A stretch of 64,000 nt of DNA, from positions 43,718-107,717 of the forward strand of contig CAYJLK010000002.1 in NCBI GenBank assembly GCA_964371445.1, given 5' to 3'. Shown here piece after piece: positions 1-10,030 of the stretch (the first letter of the stretch is position 1; the number at the start of each line of letters is the position of its first letter). Source of the stretch: an uncultured Candidatus Saccharibacteria bacterium. Its GTDB lineage: Bacteria; Patescibacteriota; Minisyncoccia; Phycocordibacterales; Phycocordibacteraceae. The notes under the pieces were generated by a model, which was not told the origin of the DNA, did no database searches, and was given only the letters and a program-made list of their open reading frames with translations. Position numbers and translations under genes: made by a program.

Positions 1-1011
1 GGCAACGCGGTGAGGCTCAAAGGTAACCGCGGTATAGAAATAGGTGAAGAGTACTACGAAGAAGAAGTAGACCGCGCCATACTGCCACGGATTGGAGAGG
101 AAGGCGGTATACCAAAGCGCCGCGCTTGCCGCAAATGAAATCTGGAATGCTCCAAGCGCTGAGAGCACCATCTGCGGCAAGAGCAGGAGCGAGAGCGCGA
201 AGATGATAGGGATCACGCCCGCCTGCAGGAGGCGGATCGGGAGATAGGTCGCTGCGCCTTGAGAAAGCGCCGCGCCGCGCACCGCACGCGCATAGGCGAT
301 CGGGATCGATCGCTCGGCATCGGAGACGACCACGACCGCATAGATCAGCGCGAGGGCGAGAAGCGTGAATGCGAGATATGCGGGGATATTTGCTGCGGTG
401 GATGCGAAAATCGTCTGTCCCACGCTTGCGGGCACGCTCGAGAGGATACCCGCGAGAATGATCAAGCTCACCCCGTTGCCGATGCCGAATTCGGTCACGA
501 GCTCGCCGAGCCACATAAGGAGCATGGAGCCCGCGGCGACAATCGCGATGTTCGCGATAAGCGCCACCGAGCTCAGATGCGAAATAACGCCCTGACCTTC
601 AAGCAGGAACAGGAATGCGACGCCCTGCAATATCGCGATGGGGATCGTGAAGAGGCGGCTCCAATTAATGAATTTCGCCCGACCGGCCTCCCCTTCCTCA
701 AAATAGGCCTGCTTCACCTGCGGAAAGATGACGGTGCCGAGTTGCATGATGATCGATGCGGTGATGTAGGGGCCGACGCCGAGCATCATGATCGAGAGAC
801 TGGAGAGTCCGCCGCCCGAAAAGATATTCAAAAGGCCGAAGAATTGATTATTTGCAAAAAAAGCGGCAAGCGCGGCGCGGTCAACACCCGGGATCGGGAT
901 TGACGCGAGAAGACGGAAGAGTACCAGCGCGCCGACGAGGAAGAGGATACGGAAACGTATTTCGGAATCGCCGAAGGCAAGCTTGAGTTTGTGAAAAAAA
1001 GAATTAATCAT
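1..1011 (-). CDS. secY: Preprotein translocase subunit SecY (3' end runs off the window)
   Basis: Not in ORF track. Manual translation from ATG 1011 gives MINSFFHKLKLAFGDSEIRFRILFLVGALVLFRLLASIPIPGVD...FVVLFTYFYTAVTFEP; follows rplO as in the spc operon. Confidence 0.95.
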   Translation of the reverse strand, partial: MINSFFHKLKLAFGDSEIRFRILFLVGALVLFRLLASIPIPGVDRAALAAFFANNQFFGLLNIFSGGGLSSLSIMMLGVGPYITASIIMQLGTVIFPQVKQAYFEEGEAGRAKFINWSRLFTIPIAILQGVAFLFLLEGQGVISHLSSVALIANIAIVAAGSMLLMWLGELVTEFGIGNGVSLIILAGILSSVPASVGQTIFASTAANIPAYLAFTLLALALIYAVVVVSDAERSIPIAYARAVRGAALSQGAATYLPIRLLQAGVIPIIFALSLLLLPQMVLSALGAFQISFAASAALWYTAFLSNPWQYGAVYFFFVVLFTYFYTAVTFEPHRVA

Positions 1012-1456
1012 GGATAGTCCCGCCGGCCTTCGTGATTGCGGCGAGTGCCGGAGCAGAGAGCGTGCATCCTTTGACGACGAGCGCCTTGGTAATCTCTCCG
1101 GTTCCGAGGATCTTCACCACCGGCGCGCGACCCTTGGCGCGACGGACGAGTCCGCGTGCGAGAAGCGAGGCGGGAGACACGGTCTCACCGGCCTTGTAGT
1201 TCAGGTCGAGTGCGGAGAGGTTCACCGCGGAGAGCGCGATGCGATTCGTCCGGACGCTTCGCGCGCGGTTCTTGCCGTGGCCGCGGCGCTTTGGGAGCTT
1301 CTTGATAAGGTCGCGGACTTCCGGACGGATCTTGTGCCCGGCGCGGGCGGTCTGCCCCTTGCCGCCGCGCCCGGAAGTCTTGCCGCGTTTGCCGCCGCGC
1401 CCGACCGGCGGGTTTTTCTTATTCTTCGTTCGCGGAGAAAATGAGTGGAGTTGCAT
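1004..1456 (-). CDS. rplO: 50S ribosomal protein uL15
   Basis: VGRGGKRGKTSGRGGKGQTAR motif; spc operon position. Confidence 0.97.
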   Translation of the reverse strand: MQLHSFSPRTKNKKNPPVGRGGKRGKTSGRGGKGQTARAGHKIRPEVRDLIKKLPKRRGHGKNRARSVRTNRIALSAVNLSALDLNYKAGETVSPASLLARGLVRRAKGRAPVVKILGTGEITKALVVKGCTLSAPALAAITKAGGTIHD

Positions 1457-1466
1457 ACGGAAATGA

Positions 1467-2093
1467 TTACGCGGTGCGTAATTTCTTGAGGGCGGCGACC
1501 GTCGCGCGCGCCATCGTGAGTTTATTCTTGGAACGGCTATGGATCTTGGTCACCACATCGGTCACGCCCGCAAGATCGAGTACTGTGCGCACCGCCGAAC
1601 CGGCGACGAGACCGCGACCTTTTGAAGGGATGATTTCAACCGTAGATGAAGAGTACTTCATGGACACTTGGTGCGGAATAGAACCTGAAGCCGTGCGAGG
1701 TACGGTAAAGAGATGTTTCTTCGCATCGCGCGTCGCCTTATCAATCGCGAGCGCCGTATCGACACCTTTTCCAAGGCCGACACCGACGCGGCCCTTCTTG
1801 TCGCCAATGACGACAACGAGACTGAAGTTGAAGCGGCGACCGCCCGCCATAACGCGCGCCACGCGGCGGGCATCAATCGTGACTTGTTCGAACTCGCCGC
1901 GCTCGCGCGGCGGGCGACCGCCGCGGCCGCCAGCGCGCGGTGCGCGACCGCGCATCGTGCTGCGACCACCAGTGCGCGAAGCAACGGGAGTCGACACAAC
2001 CTCAGCAGGAGTCGTCTCCGCCACAGTCTCGACAACCGCCTCTGGTGCGGCTTCAACTTCCTGTATGATTTCTGGTTCCATCGGAGTTGTCAT
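1467..2093 (-). CDS. rpsE: 30S ribosomal protein uS5 with acidic N-terminal extension
   Basis: RRVARVMAGGRRFNFSLVVVIGD and GLVAGSAVR motifs. Confidence 0.97.
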   Translation of the reverse strand: MTTPMEPEIIQEVEAAPEAVVETVAETTPAEVVSTPVASRTGGRSTMRGRAPRAGGRGGRPPRERGEFEQVTIDARRVARVMAGGRRFNFSLVVVIGDKKGRVGVGLGKGVDTALAIDKATRDAKKHLFTVPRTASGSIPHQVSMKYSSSTVEIIPSKGRGLVAGSAVRTVLDLAGVTDVVTKIHSRSKNKLTMARATVAALKKLRTA

Positions 2094-2098
2094 AAGTA

Positions 2099-2449
2099 TT
2101 AAAAAGCGAGACCGCCCTCCCGTGCCGCGTCCGCAAGCACCTTGACTTGTCCGCCGTAACGAAAGCCTCCACGATCGAAGACAACCGTCGTGATGCCTGC
2201 GGCCACAGCCTTCTTCGCGATAGCAGAACCGACTGACGCCGCCTGCACCGACTGAGAGCCCTTAAATTCGCGGCCGTGCGATGCGACGAGTGTCTTCCCT
2301 ACCGTATCGTCGATAAGTTGTGCCGAGACGAACCGATTGCTTCGGTAGACGGCGAGTCGCGGCCGCGCCGCAGTACCCGAGATCGTCGCGCGCACGCGCG
2401 CATGGCGGCGCTTGCGGAGTTCACTCGTGCTGGTAGGTTTGTGGTTCAT
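2099..2449 (-). CDS. rplR: 50S ribosomal protein uL18
   Basis: [10 protein letters not shown] and [14 protein letters not shown]. Confidence 0.97.
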   Translation of the reverse strand: MNHKPTSTSELRKRRHARVRATISGTAARPRLAVYRSNRFVSAQLIDDTVGKTLVASHGREFKGSQSVQAASVGSAIAKKAVAAGITTVVFDRGGFRYGGQVKVLADAAREGGLAF

Positions 2450-2455
2450 ATGAGA

Positions 2456-2986
2456 TTAGACGGCCTTCTTGCCCTGCTTACGGCGGATGACCTCGCCCTC
2501 GTAGCGAATACCCTTCCCGAGGTACGGCTCCGGCGGCTTCACGCGACGAATGTTCGCGGCGAACTGTCCGACTGATTCCTTATTGACGCTCTCGAGCTTC
2601 ATAGTGTTCTTCTCTGACGTCGCCGTGATATCTTCTGGTATCGAAAGCGGCACTGTGTGTGAAAAGCCGACCGTGAGAACGACCTCCTTTCCTTTTACCT
2701 CCATCTTGTAGCCGACGCCATCAAGAATAAGTTTCTTCATATACGGCGTCTCGACACCCTGAACCATATTCTTCACATGCGAGGCGAAGGTGCCGGTGAG
2801 CGCCTTTGCGAGACGTGAACGATCCTTGGGCGTGACCATCACGCCTTCCGGGCTGACGACGATCTCAACCGACGGATGCACGCGCTTCGTGAGCGTCCCT
2901 TTCGTCCCTTTCACCGTGAGCACGCCGCCCGACACGGAGACATCGGTCTTTCCTACTGAAATTGGCTTTTTTGCGAGGCGGGACAT
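2456..2986 (-). CDS. rplF: 50S ribosomal protein uL6
   Basis: MSRLAKKPI and PPEPYLGKGIRY. Confidence 0.97.
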   Translation of the reverse strand: MSRLAKKPISVGKTDVSVSGGVLTVKGTKGTLTKRVHPSVEIVVSPEGVMVTPKDRSRLAKALTGTFASHVKNMVQGVETPYMKKLILDGVGYKMEVKGKEVVLTVGFSHTVPLSIPEDITATSEKNTMKLESVNKESVGQFAANIRRVKPPEPYLGKGIRYEGEVIRRKQGKKAV

Positions 2987-3015
2987 ACGTGAATTATGTA
3001 GTGAGTGTCGTCGAG

Positions 3016-3420
3016 TTACCAGATTTCGAAAAGATTCTCGCCGCCGGTGCGATTCTTCCGCGCCTCGGTGTCTGAGATGACGCCGAGCGAAGAAGAGATG
3101 AGGCGCGCGCCCGTGCCTCCCTTTACCTTGTGCGCATCGGTGTGCGGCACATAGAGCCGGCGGCCCGGCTTGCTGATGCGCTTCACGCCGCGTAGTCGCG
3201 CGACGCCGCGTTCGTCGTAGGCAAGGCTGACCACGATTTCTTTTTTTACCTCGCTCTCTCCCTTCGCCTTCGCTTCAACCCGCGTTATGAAACCGAGATC
3301 CTTAAGCTTCTGCGCGATGGAGAGCAGGTGCTCCGAGTACGGTACCGATACCTCGGCCTTTTTGATGGCTGCGGCATTCTGCAGACGGATAATGAAATCG
3401 CCGACGCGGTCAGTTACCAT
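3016..3420 (-). CDS. rpsH: 30S ribosomal protein uS8
   Basis: [16 protein letters not shown] and [10 protein letters not shown]; start reassigned to ATG 3420. Confidence 0.95.
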   Translation of the reverse strand: MVTDRVGDFIIRLQNAAAIKKAEVSVPYSEHLLSIAQKLKDLGFITRVEAKAKGESEVKKEIVVSLAYDERGVARLRGVKRISKPGRRLYVPHTDAHKVKGGTGARLISSSLGVISDTEARKNRTGGENLFEIW

Positions 3421-3683
3421 GATGCTTTCTTTACGCCGGGGATCTTCCCCTCCCGCGCGAGCTCGCGGAACTGGATCCGAGAGAGACCGAAAACGCGCAT
3501 ATAGCCGCGAGAGCGGCCGGTAATCGCGCAACGGTTCTTGAGCCGGACCGGCGAGGAGTTCTTTGGGAGCTTCTGCAGGCCTTCAGAATCACCGGCCAAC
3601 TTCAAAGCAGCACGCTTGACCGCGTACTTCTTGACTAGTTTTACCTTTTTGGCATACCGCGCCAGTTGTGATTTCTTAGCCAT
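3414..3683 (-). CDS. rpsN: 30S ribosomal protein uS14 (89-aa, non-zinc-finger form)
   Basis: [11 protein letters not shown]...[11 protein letters not shown]...PGVKKASW. Confidence 0.97.
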   Translation of the reverse strand: MAKKSQLARYAKKVKLVKKYAVKRAALKLAGDSEGLQKLPKNSSPVRLKNRCAITGRSRGYMRVFGLSRIQFRELAREGKIPGVKKASW

Positions 3684-3722
3684 GAGAAAAAATAAAGCTC
3701 CGAAGAGCGTATACGTACGATA

Positions 3723-4280
3723 TCACTTGGATACCTTAGAGTCAACGATGAGCGGGAAACCGAGGTGACGGAAGAAGGCCTCGGCCTCGGCCTTCGTTTT
3801 AGCGGTCGTGACGACGGTAATGGCGAGACCAAAGACGTCTTTGAGATCCTCATCGGAGGTTTCGGGGAATATCGTGTTTTCCTTGATGCCCACCGTCATA
3901 TTCCCCATATCGTCGATCGCCGTCGCCTTGAGTCCGCGGAAGTCGCGGGTGCGCGGGAGCGCGATATGGATAAGCTTGTCGAGAAAATCGTACATCCGCG
4001 TCCCCCTAAGGGTGACTTGGAGGCCGACCGTGTCGCCCTCGCGCACTTTAAAGGAGGCAATGGAGAGCTTCGCGGCGCGCGGAGCTGCCTTCTGCCCCGT
4101 GATCTTGGCGAGCCGATCGGAGATGAGCTCGATCTGCTTCTTGTCGCGCTTCTTCCCGACACCGGAGGAGACGATGACCTTCTCTACGCGCGGACCCTGC
4201 ATCGGGCTCGTGTAGCCGAAGAGTTCCGCGAGCGCGAGGTAGGCAGACTGTTGACGCTGTTTGGTAATAGACATATGCAA
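3723..4280 (-). CDS. rplE: 50S ribosomal protein uL5
   Basis: SIASFKVREG and LPRTRDFRG. Confidence 0.97.
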   Translation of the reverse strand: MHMSITKQRQQSAYLALAELFGYTSPMQGPRVEKVIVSSGVGKKRDKKQIELISDRLAKITGQKAAPRAAKLSIASFKVREGDTVGLQVTLRGTRMYDFLDKLIHIALPRTRDFRGLKATAIDDMGNMTVGIKENTIFPETSDEDLKDVFGLAITVVTTAKTKAEAEAFFRHLGFPLIVDSKVSK

Positions 4281-4547
4281 TTATTTACTCTTGCTCTTGA
4301 CCGGCGCATCGAGTGCGGACACAATCTTCCCCGACGACACGATCTGTACGTTCGATGCGTCGATCGCCCGCGGACGCTCGATGATACGACCGACCTTACC
4401 GGCACTACCTTTCATATGGCGCTTATAGAGTGCGACGCCTTCGACGACGACCGTATTCTCGCGCGGGAACGCGCGCACAACAACGCCGGACGTGCCTTTG
4501 TCCTTGCCGGCGATTACTTTGACCTTGTCTCCTTTTTTAACATGCAT
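4281..4547 (-). CDS. rplX: 50S ribosomal protein uL24 (short form)
   Basis: MHVKKGDKVKVIAGKDKG KOW motif; start at ATG 4547. Confidence 0.95.
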   Translation of the reverse strand: MHVKKGDKVKVIAGKDKGTSGVVVRAFPRENTVVVEGVALYKRHMKGSAGKVGRIIERPRAIDASNVQIVSSGKIVSALDAPVKSKSK

Positions 4548-4557
4548 AGATAATGTA

Positions 4558-4935
4558 TTACACGACTTCTGGCGCAAGCGACACGATATTGTGCCAGCCT
4601 CGCTCGGAGAGTTCGCGCGGCACCGGACCGAAGATGCGGTTCCCTTTCGGACCCATCTCCTTACCCTGCTTCTCGATGAGCACGACCGCATTCTCGTCAA
4701 AACGGATATACGAGCCGTCCTTGCGACCAAAGGGCTTCACTTGCCGCACAACGACCGCACGGAAGATGTCCTTCTTCTTCACGGCCTTTCTCGGCGCGGC
4801 GGTCTGGATGGACACGACGACCACGTCCCCGATGCCCGCATAACGGCGCTTGCTGCCGCCGAGCACTTTGAAGATTCTCGCGACTTGTCCGCCGGAGTTG
4901 TCCGCTACTGTAACGATGGATTGAGGTTGCAACAT
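4558..4935 (-). CDS. rplN: 50S ribosomal protein uL14
   Basis: VADNSG, IRFDENAVV and RIFGPV. Confidence 0.97.
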   Translation of the reverse strand: MLQPQSIVTVADNSGGQVARIFKVLGGSKRRYAGIGDVVVVSIQTAAPRKAVKKKDIFRAVVVRQVKPFGRKDGSYIRFDENAVVLIEKQGKEMGPKGNRIFGPVPRELSERGWHNIVSLAPEVV

Positions 4936-4936
4936 A

Positions 4937-5206
4937 TTAGTTTTTCTCCGCCGAGACGGTCTTCGTCGGATCGATAGCGAAACGCTTCAGTTTCGAGATC
5001 GGGCGGGTCGCGACGATCGTCACCGTGTCTCCCACCTGCACCGTATTCCCCGGATCGTGTGCGAGATACTTCTTCGAGCGCACAAAATACTTCTTGTACT
5101 TTGCGTTCTTCACATACCGATCGACCTTGACCGTGGCTGTGTCCTTCATTGCCGTCTTTACGACGACGCCGACGAATGATTGGGGACGAATGATTTTTGT
5201 TTCCAT
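4937..5206 (-). CDS. rpsQ: 30S ribosomal protein uS17
   Basis: KYLAHD and RPISKLKRF. Confidence 0.96.
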   Translation of the reverse strand: METKIIRPQSFVGVVVKTAMKDTATVKVDRYVKNAKYKKYFVRSKKYLAHDPGNTVQVGDTVTIVATRPISKLKRFAIDPTKTVSAEKN

Positions 5207-5211
5207 ATGAT

Positions 5212-5418
5212 TTATGCGGTCGCGACCTTACGAGAGCGCGCGTGTTGTTCTGTGAGCACACGAGCGATGTTCTTGCGAAGTTTCCTCGGCGCATTCGACT
5301 CTTTCGCGCGCGCGCCAGCGGCCGAAAAGCGCTCCGTGCGAAGTTCAGCGCGCGTATCGGTCAGGATCTTCATAAGCTCCTGGTCAGTCTTGGTCGTCAT
5401 GTGTTCTTTTTTTGTCAT
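5212..5418 (-). CDS. rpmC: 50S ribosomal protein uL29
   Basis: LRKNIARVLT; lies between rplP and rpsQ. Confidence 0.92.
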   Translation of the reverse strand: MTKKEHMTTKTDQELMKILTDTRAELRTERFSAAGARAKESNAPRKLRKNIARVLTEQHARSRKVATA

Positions 5419-5441
5419 ACAAGTAGGGGAAAAGCAATGAA

Positions 5442-5864
5442 TTAGTGGCGCGTGACAATCGTCGTCTTGACCGGCAATTTCATGCCCGCTTGCCGCATGT
5501 GTGCGCGCGCGACAGTTTCGGGAACGCCGTCCATCTCGAAAAGAATCCTTCCGGGGCGCACCTGAAAGACGTAGTGCTTCGGATCGCCCTTACCGCTGCC
5601 CATGCCCACTTCCGCAGGCTTCGCCGTCACCGGACGATCCGGGAAAATGCGGATCCAGAGCTTGCCGGTCTTCGCGGTGGCGCGCGTCAGCACCTTGCGT
5701 GCCGCCTCGATCTGATTGCTCGTGATGCGCGCAGGCGTGAGCGCCTTCAGCCCGAACGAGCCGAAGGCAATCGTGACCCCGCGCGTATCGGGACGATGCA
5801 GGTTCTTCTCGGAGAGACGTTGGGTCTGCCACTTGCGGTGTTTTACTTTTTTAGGAAACAACAT
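5442..5864 (-). CDS. rplP: 50S ribosomal protein uL16
   Basis: [11 protein letters not shown] and MGSGKG. Confidence 0.97.
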   Translation of the reverse strand: MLFPKKVKHRKWQTQRLSEKNLHRPDTRGVTIAFGSFGLKALTPARITSNQIEAARKVLTRATAKTGKLWIRIFPDRPVTAKPAEVGMGSGKGDPKHYVFQVRPGRILFEMDGVPETVARAHMRQAGMKLPVKTTIVTRH

Positions 5865-5873
5865 ACTGAAATA

Positions 5874-6602
5874 TTAGCCCTGCCTGCCGTCAGGGAGGCG
5901 CGGGGCGCTTTCCGGCATCGCTACCCTCGTCTTCTTATCCTGGTACACGTTGCCGCGATAGATCCAGACCTTGATGCCGATAACGCCGTACGGCAGATAC
6001 GCCTGCTCATGGGCGAAATCAATATCGGCACGGAATGTCTGAAGCGGAATGCGACCTTTCTTCAACTCCTCCTTGCGGCTCATCTCGGCGCCGCCAAGAC
6101 GACCCGACAGCGCGATGCGTACGCCTTCGACCTCGCGTACGGCGATGACCTTCTCGATCGTCTGCTTCAGCACGCGGCGAAACGGCATGCGCTTCTCCAG
6201 GCCCTCGGCAATCATGAAAGCGACAACTGCGGCATCCGTCTCCGGCTGGCGCACTTCGACAATGTCGAATTTCACCAGTTTACCGGCTGGGAGGGCGTGT
6301 CCAGAAGCCTTACGGACGACATCGGTCAGTTCGGTGCGCAGCTTGGTTGCATTCTCGCCGGAACGACCTATCACGAGACCCGGGCGGGCAGTCGAGAGGA
6401 TAACGCGCAGCTCGTTCGCCGAGCGCTCGATCTCGATGCCGCTCGTGTAGGTGCCGCGCAAACGCTTGCTGAGGAAGCGGCGAATCATCTCATCAACCTT
6501 GATGTTCTCGCGGTAGCTCTTCTTGTCGGTCGTGAACCAACGGCTCTTCCAATCTCGGATGATGCCGAGGCGATGAGCGTAAGGATGTACGGTGTGTGTC
6601 AT
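5874..6602 (-). CDS. rpsC: 30S ribosomal protein uS3
   Basis: HPYAHRLGI, GRIPLQTFRADID and GVIGIKVWIY. Confidence 0.97.
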   Translation of the reverse strand: MTHTVHPYAHRLGIIRDWKSRWFTTDKKSYRENIKVDEMIRRFLSKRLRGTYTSGIEIERSANELRVILSTARPGLVIGRSGENATKLRTELTDVVRKASGHALPAGKLVKFDIVEVRQPETDAAVVAFMIAEGLEKRMPFRRVLKQTIEKVIAVREVEGVRIALSGRLGGAEMSRKEELKKGRIPLQTFRADIDFAHEQAYLPYGVIGIKVWIYRGNVYQDKKTRVAMPESAPRLPDGRQG

Positions 6603-6608
6603 ATAAAT

Positions 6609-6929
6609 TTATGCGAGAGTCACCTTCACCCGACTCTTGCGCCGGCGGATGGCCGAAGCGCGACCGAATGCGCGCGGCATATACTTCTTCAGCATGCCGG
6701 CGCTCTCGACGATGATCGACTGCACCGTAAGCGTCTCGACATTCTGACCCTGACCTTCTGCATTTGCGGCAGCGCTCTTGATGAGTTTCGCGATAGGCTC
6801 TGCGGCGCGGCGCGGCAAAAACTCGAGCGCAGCGAGCGCATCCTTCACCTTCTTTCCTTTCATGAGGTCAGCCACAAGGCGGACCTTGCGGGGCGTCTGA
6901 TTATAGCTCTCGAGGATTGCGCGTGCCAT
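6609..6929 (-). CDS. rplV: 50S ribosomal protein uL22
   Basis: TPRKVRLVADL and PRAFGRA. Confidence 0.97.
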   Translation of the reverse strand: MARAILESYNQTPRKVRLVADLMKGKKVKDALAALEFLPRRAAEPIAKLIKSAAANAEGQGQNVETLTVQSIIVESAGMLKKYMPRAFGRASAIRRRKSRVKVTLA

Positions 6930-6932
6930 ATA

Positions 6933-7280
6933 TTATTTCTTAGCCGCCGGCGCCGGAGATTCCTTCGCCGATTTCGCAGAAGCAATTTCCGCCTGCTGCT
7001 TCTTCATCTCCATATCCTTCTGCATCTTGCCGCCGTGGCGGAGGAATTTCTTTGTCGGCGAGAACTCACCGAGGCGATGTCCTACCATTTCCTCGGAAAC
7101 GAGAACTTCGAGGTGGGACTTCCCGTTATGGACGCCCAGAGTAAAACCGATCATTTCCGGGCTTATCTGGCTCCGGCGCGCCCACGTGTTTATCACCCCG
7201 GCCGTTGCTGGTTTCTTATCGACGAGCTTCTTCAGGAGCTTTGCATCCACGAAGGGCCCTTTCTTAAGTGAGCGTGCCAT
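6933..7280 (-). CDS. rpsS: 30S ribosomal protein uS19
   Basis: [12 protein letters not shown] and [12 protein letters not shown]. Confidence 0.97.
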   Translation of the reverse strand: MARSLKKGPFVDAKLLKKLVDKKPATAGVINTWARRSQISPEMIGFTLGVHNGKSHLEVLVSEEMVGHRLGEFSPTKKFLRHGGKMQKDMEMKKQQAEIASAKSAKESPAPAAKK

Positions 7281-7344
7281 AAGTAATTAAAAACCCGCGT
7301 GGCGGGATATCCCCAAGATACAGCAATTGTAGGTCATGGTCAAA

Positions 7345-8193
7345 TTAACCCTTACGCTTCTTGCCGACCTTGCGGCGGGAGACGATAAAGACGTTTGAGT
7401 ACTTCTTCGGCGTGCGGGTCTTCTGACCCTTGCCGGTGGGCTTGCCCCACTTGCTCTTCGCCCTGCGGAGCCCGCGCCCCTGCTTACCTTCGCCGCCGCC
7501 ATGCGGATGATCGACCGGATTCATCGCGGTGCCGCGCACCGTCGGGCGGATGCCCATCCAGCGCGAACGGCCGGCCTTTCCGATGACGACGAGATTGTAT
7601 TCTTCGTTGCCGACCGCGCCGATAGACGCCCACGAGAGGTCAGAGACCTTACGGATCTCGGTCGACGGGAGCTTTATCTGCGCATAGCCCGCATCGTGTG
7701 CGACCACCTCGGCATAGTTGCCGGCAGAGCGGACGAGGGAGGCACCCGAAAGCGGAGAAATCTCAATGTTGTAGACGAAGGTGCCGACGGGGATCTTGCC
7801 CAAGGGGAGACGATTGCCCGCGATGAGCGGCGCATTTTCGGAAACGACGAAGGCCGATCCGACTTTAACCTCCTTCGGGAGAATGACGTAGCGGCGCGCG
7901 CCATCGGCATAGAGCGCGAGCCCGATGAAGGCGCTGCGGAACGGGTCGTATTCGACCGTCTCGATTACCGCCGGAATATCCTTCTTATCGTACTTGAAAT
8001 CGACATCGCGGAACCGCTTCTTATGACCACCTCCCTGGTGGCGCGTCGTGATACGGCCGAATGCGTTCCTGCCGCCCTGACTTCCCTTCTTCTTCAGAAG
8101 GGGCTTGTGCGGCGCATGACCTGAAAGAAGCTCCTTGAACGGGAGGGTGGTCATGTGGCGGCGACTCTTGGATGTGGGCTTGTAGGTTTTCAT
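7345..8193 (-). CDS. rplB: 50S ribosomal protein uL2
   Basis: RGTAMNPVDHPHGGGEG. Confidence 0.98.
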   Translation of the reverse strand: MKTYKPTSKSRRHMTTLPFKELLSGHAPHKPLLKKKGSQGGRNAFGRITTRHQGGGHKKRFRDVDFKYDKKDIPAVIETVEYDPFRSAFIGLALYADGARRYVILPKEVKVGSAFVVSENAPLIAGNRLPLGKIPVGTFVYNIEISPLSGASLVRSAGNYAEVVAHDAGYAQIKLPSTEIRKVSDLSWASIGAVGNEEYNLVVIGKAGRSRWMGIRPTVRGTAMNPVDHPHGGGEGKQGRGLRRAKSKWGKPTGKGQKTRTPKKYSNVFIVSRRKVGKKRKG

Positions 8194-8199
8194 AATAGT

Positions 8200-8571
8200 T
8201 TATGCGAACTGGATACTGTCCCCGGCATTCAGGTAGACATAGGCCTTCGAGCGCGCAGCGCGCGTGCCGGTACCGCGCTTGGTACGCATCATCTTTCGCT
8301 TCGCAGGGAGATGCACGATACGAATCTTGCGCGGGGCCACGTTGTAAATCTCCTTGATGGCGGATGCGATCGAGGCTTTCGTCGCGCGCGGAGTGATCTC
8401 AAAGGCATACACGCCCTTCTCGGTAGCGATGAGCGCCTTTTCAGAGAACCACGGTGCGCGAATAATCTCGTGGGCTACTCCGCTCTCTAGCTTCGCCGTG
8501 CGGGCGCGGCGCTTCACGACGACCTTTGCCTTCTTCTCTTTCTTAGTCTTGCTGGTGCCAAAAAGTGCCAT
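8200..8571 (-). CDS. rplW: 50S ribosomal protein uL23 with basic N-terminal extension
   Basis: PWFSEKA and KAYVYL; lies between rplD and rplB. Confidence 0.93.
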   Translation of the reverse strand: MALFGTSKTKKEKKAKVVVKRRARTAKLESGVAHEIIRAPWFSEKALIATEKGVYAFEITPRATKASIASAIKEIYNVAPRKIRIVHLPAKRKMMRTKRGTGTRAARSKAYVYLNAGDSIQFA

Positions 8572-8577
8572 GATAAT

Positions 8578-9285
8578 TTATTTAGCTTTCGCGCGGGCGA
8601 GAAGCGCCTTAAACGCCTCCTCCGGCTTCTCGATGATGAGATACTTGTGCGCCATTACATCGACCGGATTCAGGTTGCGCAACTCTTCGGTCATCATGTT
8701 GCCGAAGTTGCTGAAGCTCTTTATCACGTTCGCGTCATAGGCAGCCATCGCGAGAAGCGCAGCATTCTTCGACTTCGTCGCGAGCTTTTCCGCACCCGCG
8801 CCCTTCGCGAGACCGACAATTGCCGCCTTGGCTGCCCTGGTCTTCGGCGCTGAAAAAGCAAACGAGTCGACGAGGATAATCTCGCCGTCCTTGGCCTTCC
8901 GAGAAAGGACCGAGAGGAGCGCGCCGATGCGCATCTTGCGATTGATCTTCTCGCTGTAATTTCGCTCGCTGCGCGGACCAAACGTGATACCGCCGTGGCG
9001 CCAGATCGGCGAGCGGGTCGAGCTATGGCGCGCCTGGCCGGTGCCCTTTTGTTTCCACGGCTTCTTGCCGCCACCCGAGACTTCGGAGCGGTCCTTGGTA
9101 TGGGCACGATTCTGGCGCAGGTTCGCCTGCATCGCAGTCGTGACCTGGTGGACAAGATCGACACGCCACGGTTGGCCGAACAGGCTCTCGGGAAGCGCCA
9201 TGACACCGACTTTTTCGCCGGCCATAGAGAATATCGGTGCCTCAATCGGCACGTATTCTTTTTTCATTTTTTTAGTGACAGTCAT
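8578..9285 (-). CDS. rplD: 50S ribosomal protein uL4
   Basis: KDRSEVSGGGKKPWKQKGTGQAR; start reassigned to ATG 9285. Confidence 0.96.
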   Translation of the reverse strand: MTVTKKMKKEYVPIEAPIFSMAGEKVGVMALPESLFGQPWRVDLVHQVTTAMQANLRQNRAHTKDRSEVSGGGKKPWKQKGTGQARHSSTRSPIWRHGGITFGPRSERNYSEKINRKMRIGALLSVLSRKAKDGEIILVDSFAFSAPKTRAAKAAIVGLAKGAGAEKLATKSKNAALLAMAAYDANVIKSFSNFGNMMTEELRNLNPVDVMAHKYLIIEKPEEAFKALLARAKAK

Positions 9286-9295
9286 GGTATTCAAA

Positions 9296-9910
9296 TTACG
9301 CAGAGACGACCTCGAGCAGGGTGCCGCGACGACCCGGTACGGCGCCGCTGACGATAATCTCGCCGGCCTTCGCGTCAACCGCGAGAACCTTGAGGTTCGT
9401 CACCGTCACGCGGTCGCTCCCCATGCGGCCAGCCATGCGGATGCCCTTGGCGACGCGACCGCCCGCGCGACCGCCGCTGCCTCCAATCGACCCCGGAGAG
9501 CGCTCGGTGTGCTTCTGCCCGTGAGAACGCGGACCGCCATGGAAGCCGTGGCGCTTCACGACACCGGCGAAGCCCTTGCCCTTCGTGAGACCAGAGACGC
9601 GCACGACATCGCCGACGGCGAAGATAGCGGCATCGATGATGGAACCGACTTCAGCCGATGTGTCTGCGCGGAATTCGCGAATTGCTTCGAAGCCCTTGCC
9701 CTTCGTGTGGCCCAAAACCGCCTTAGAGATATTCTTCGTGCGGCGTTCGCCCATGCCGACCTGAATAGCCGCGTAGGCATCCTTGCCCTCCTTCGTCTTG
9801 ACCTGCGTCACCGTGACCGGGTCGGTCAACAGAATAGTCCCCGCATAGGCGCGACCGTCCGTCCCGAAGATACGGGTCATTTTTTCTTTCTTGGCGAGGA
9901 TGAATTTCAT
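9296..9910 (-). CDS. rplC: 50S ribosomal protein uL3
   Basis: KGKGFAGVVKRHGF and MAGRMG. Confidence 0.97.
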   Translation of the reverse strand: MKFILAKKEKMTRIFGTDGRAYAGTILLTDPVTVTQVKTKEGKDAYAAIQVGMGERRTKNISKAVLGHTKGKGFEAIREFRADTSAEVGSIIDAAIFAVGDVVRVSGLTKGKGFAGVVKRHGFHGGPRSHGQKHTERSPGSIGGSGGRAGGRVAKGIRMAGRMGSDRVTVTNLKVLAVDAKAGEIIVSGAVPGRRGTLLEVVSA

Positions 9911-9998
9911 TTTTTAAAGCAAAACGCGCGGATAGCAGACGCTCCGCGCGTTCTGCCATAGGTCCCTCGCACATTTCTCGGGACTTAGCGTTAGGGGC

Positions 9999-10027
9999 AC
10001 TCTACCCTACCGCTGCAAAAGATGCAA
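9999..10027 (-). promoter_or_regulatory. Sigma70-like promoter for the rplC operon
   Basis: Minus strand TTGCAT-17 nt-TAGAGT about 90 nt upstream of the rplC start. Confidence 0.55.
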
Positions 10028-10030
10028 ATC

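Noticed and set aside
5445-7271. 608-aa plus-strand ORF and similar long antisense ORFs (11150-12154, 24091-25575, 42341-43351)
   Set aside because: Shadow frames of GC-rich conserved genes on the opposite strand, with no recognisable motifs
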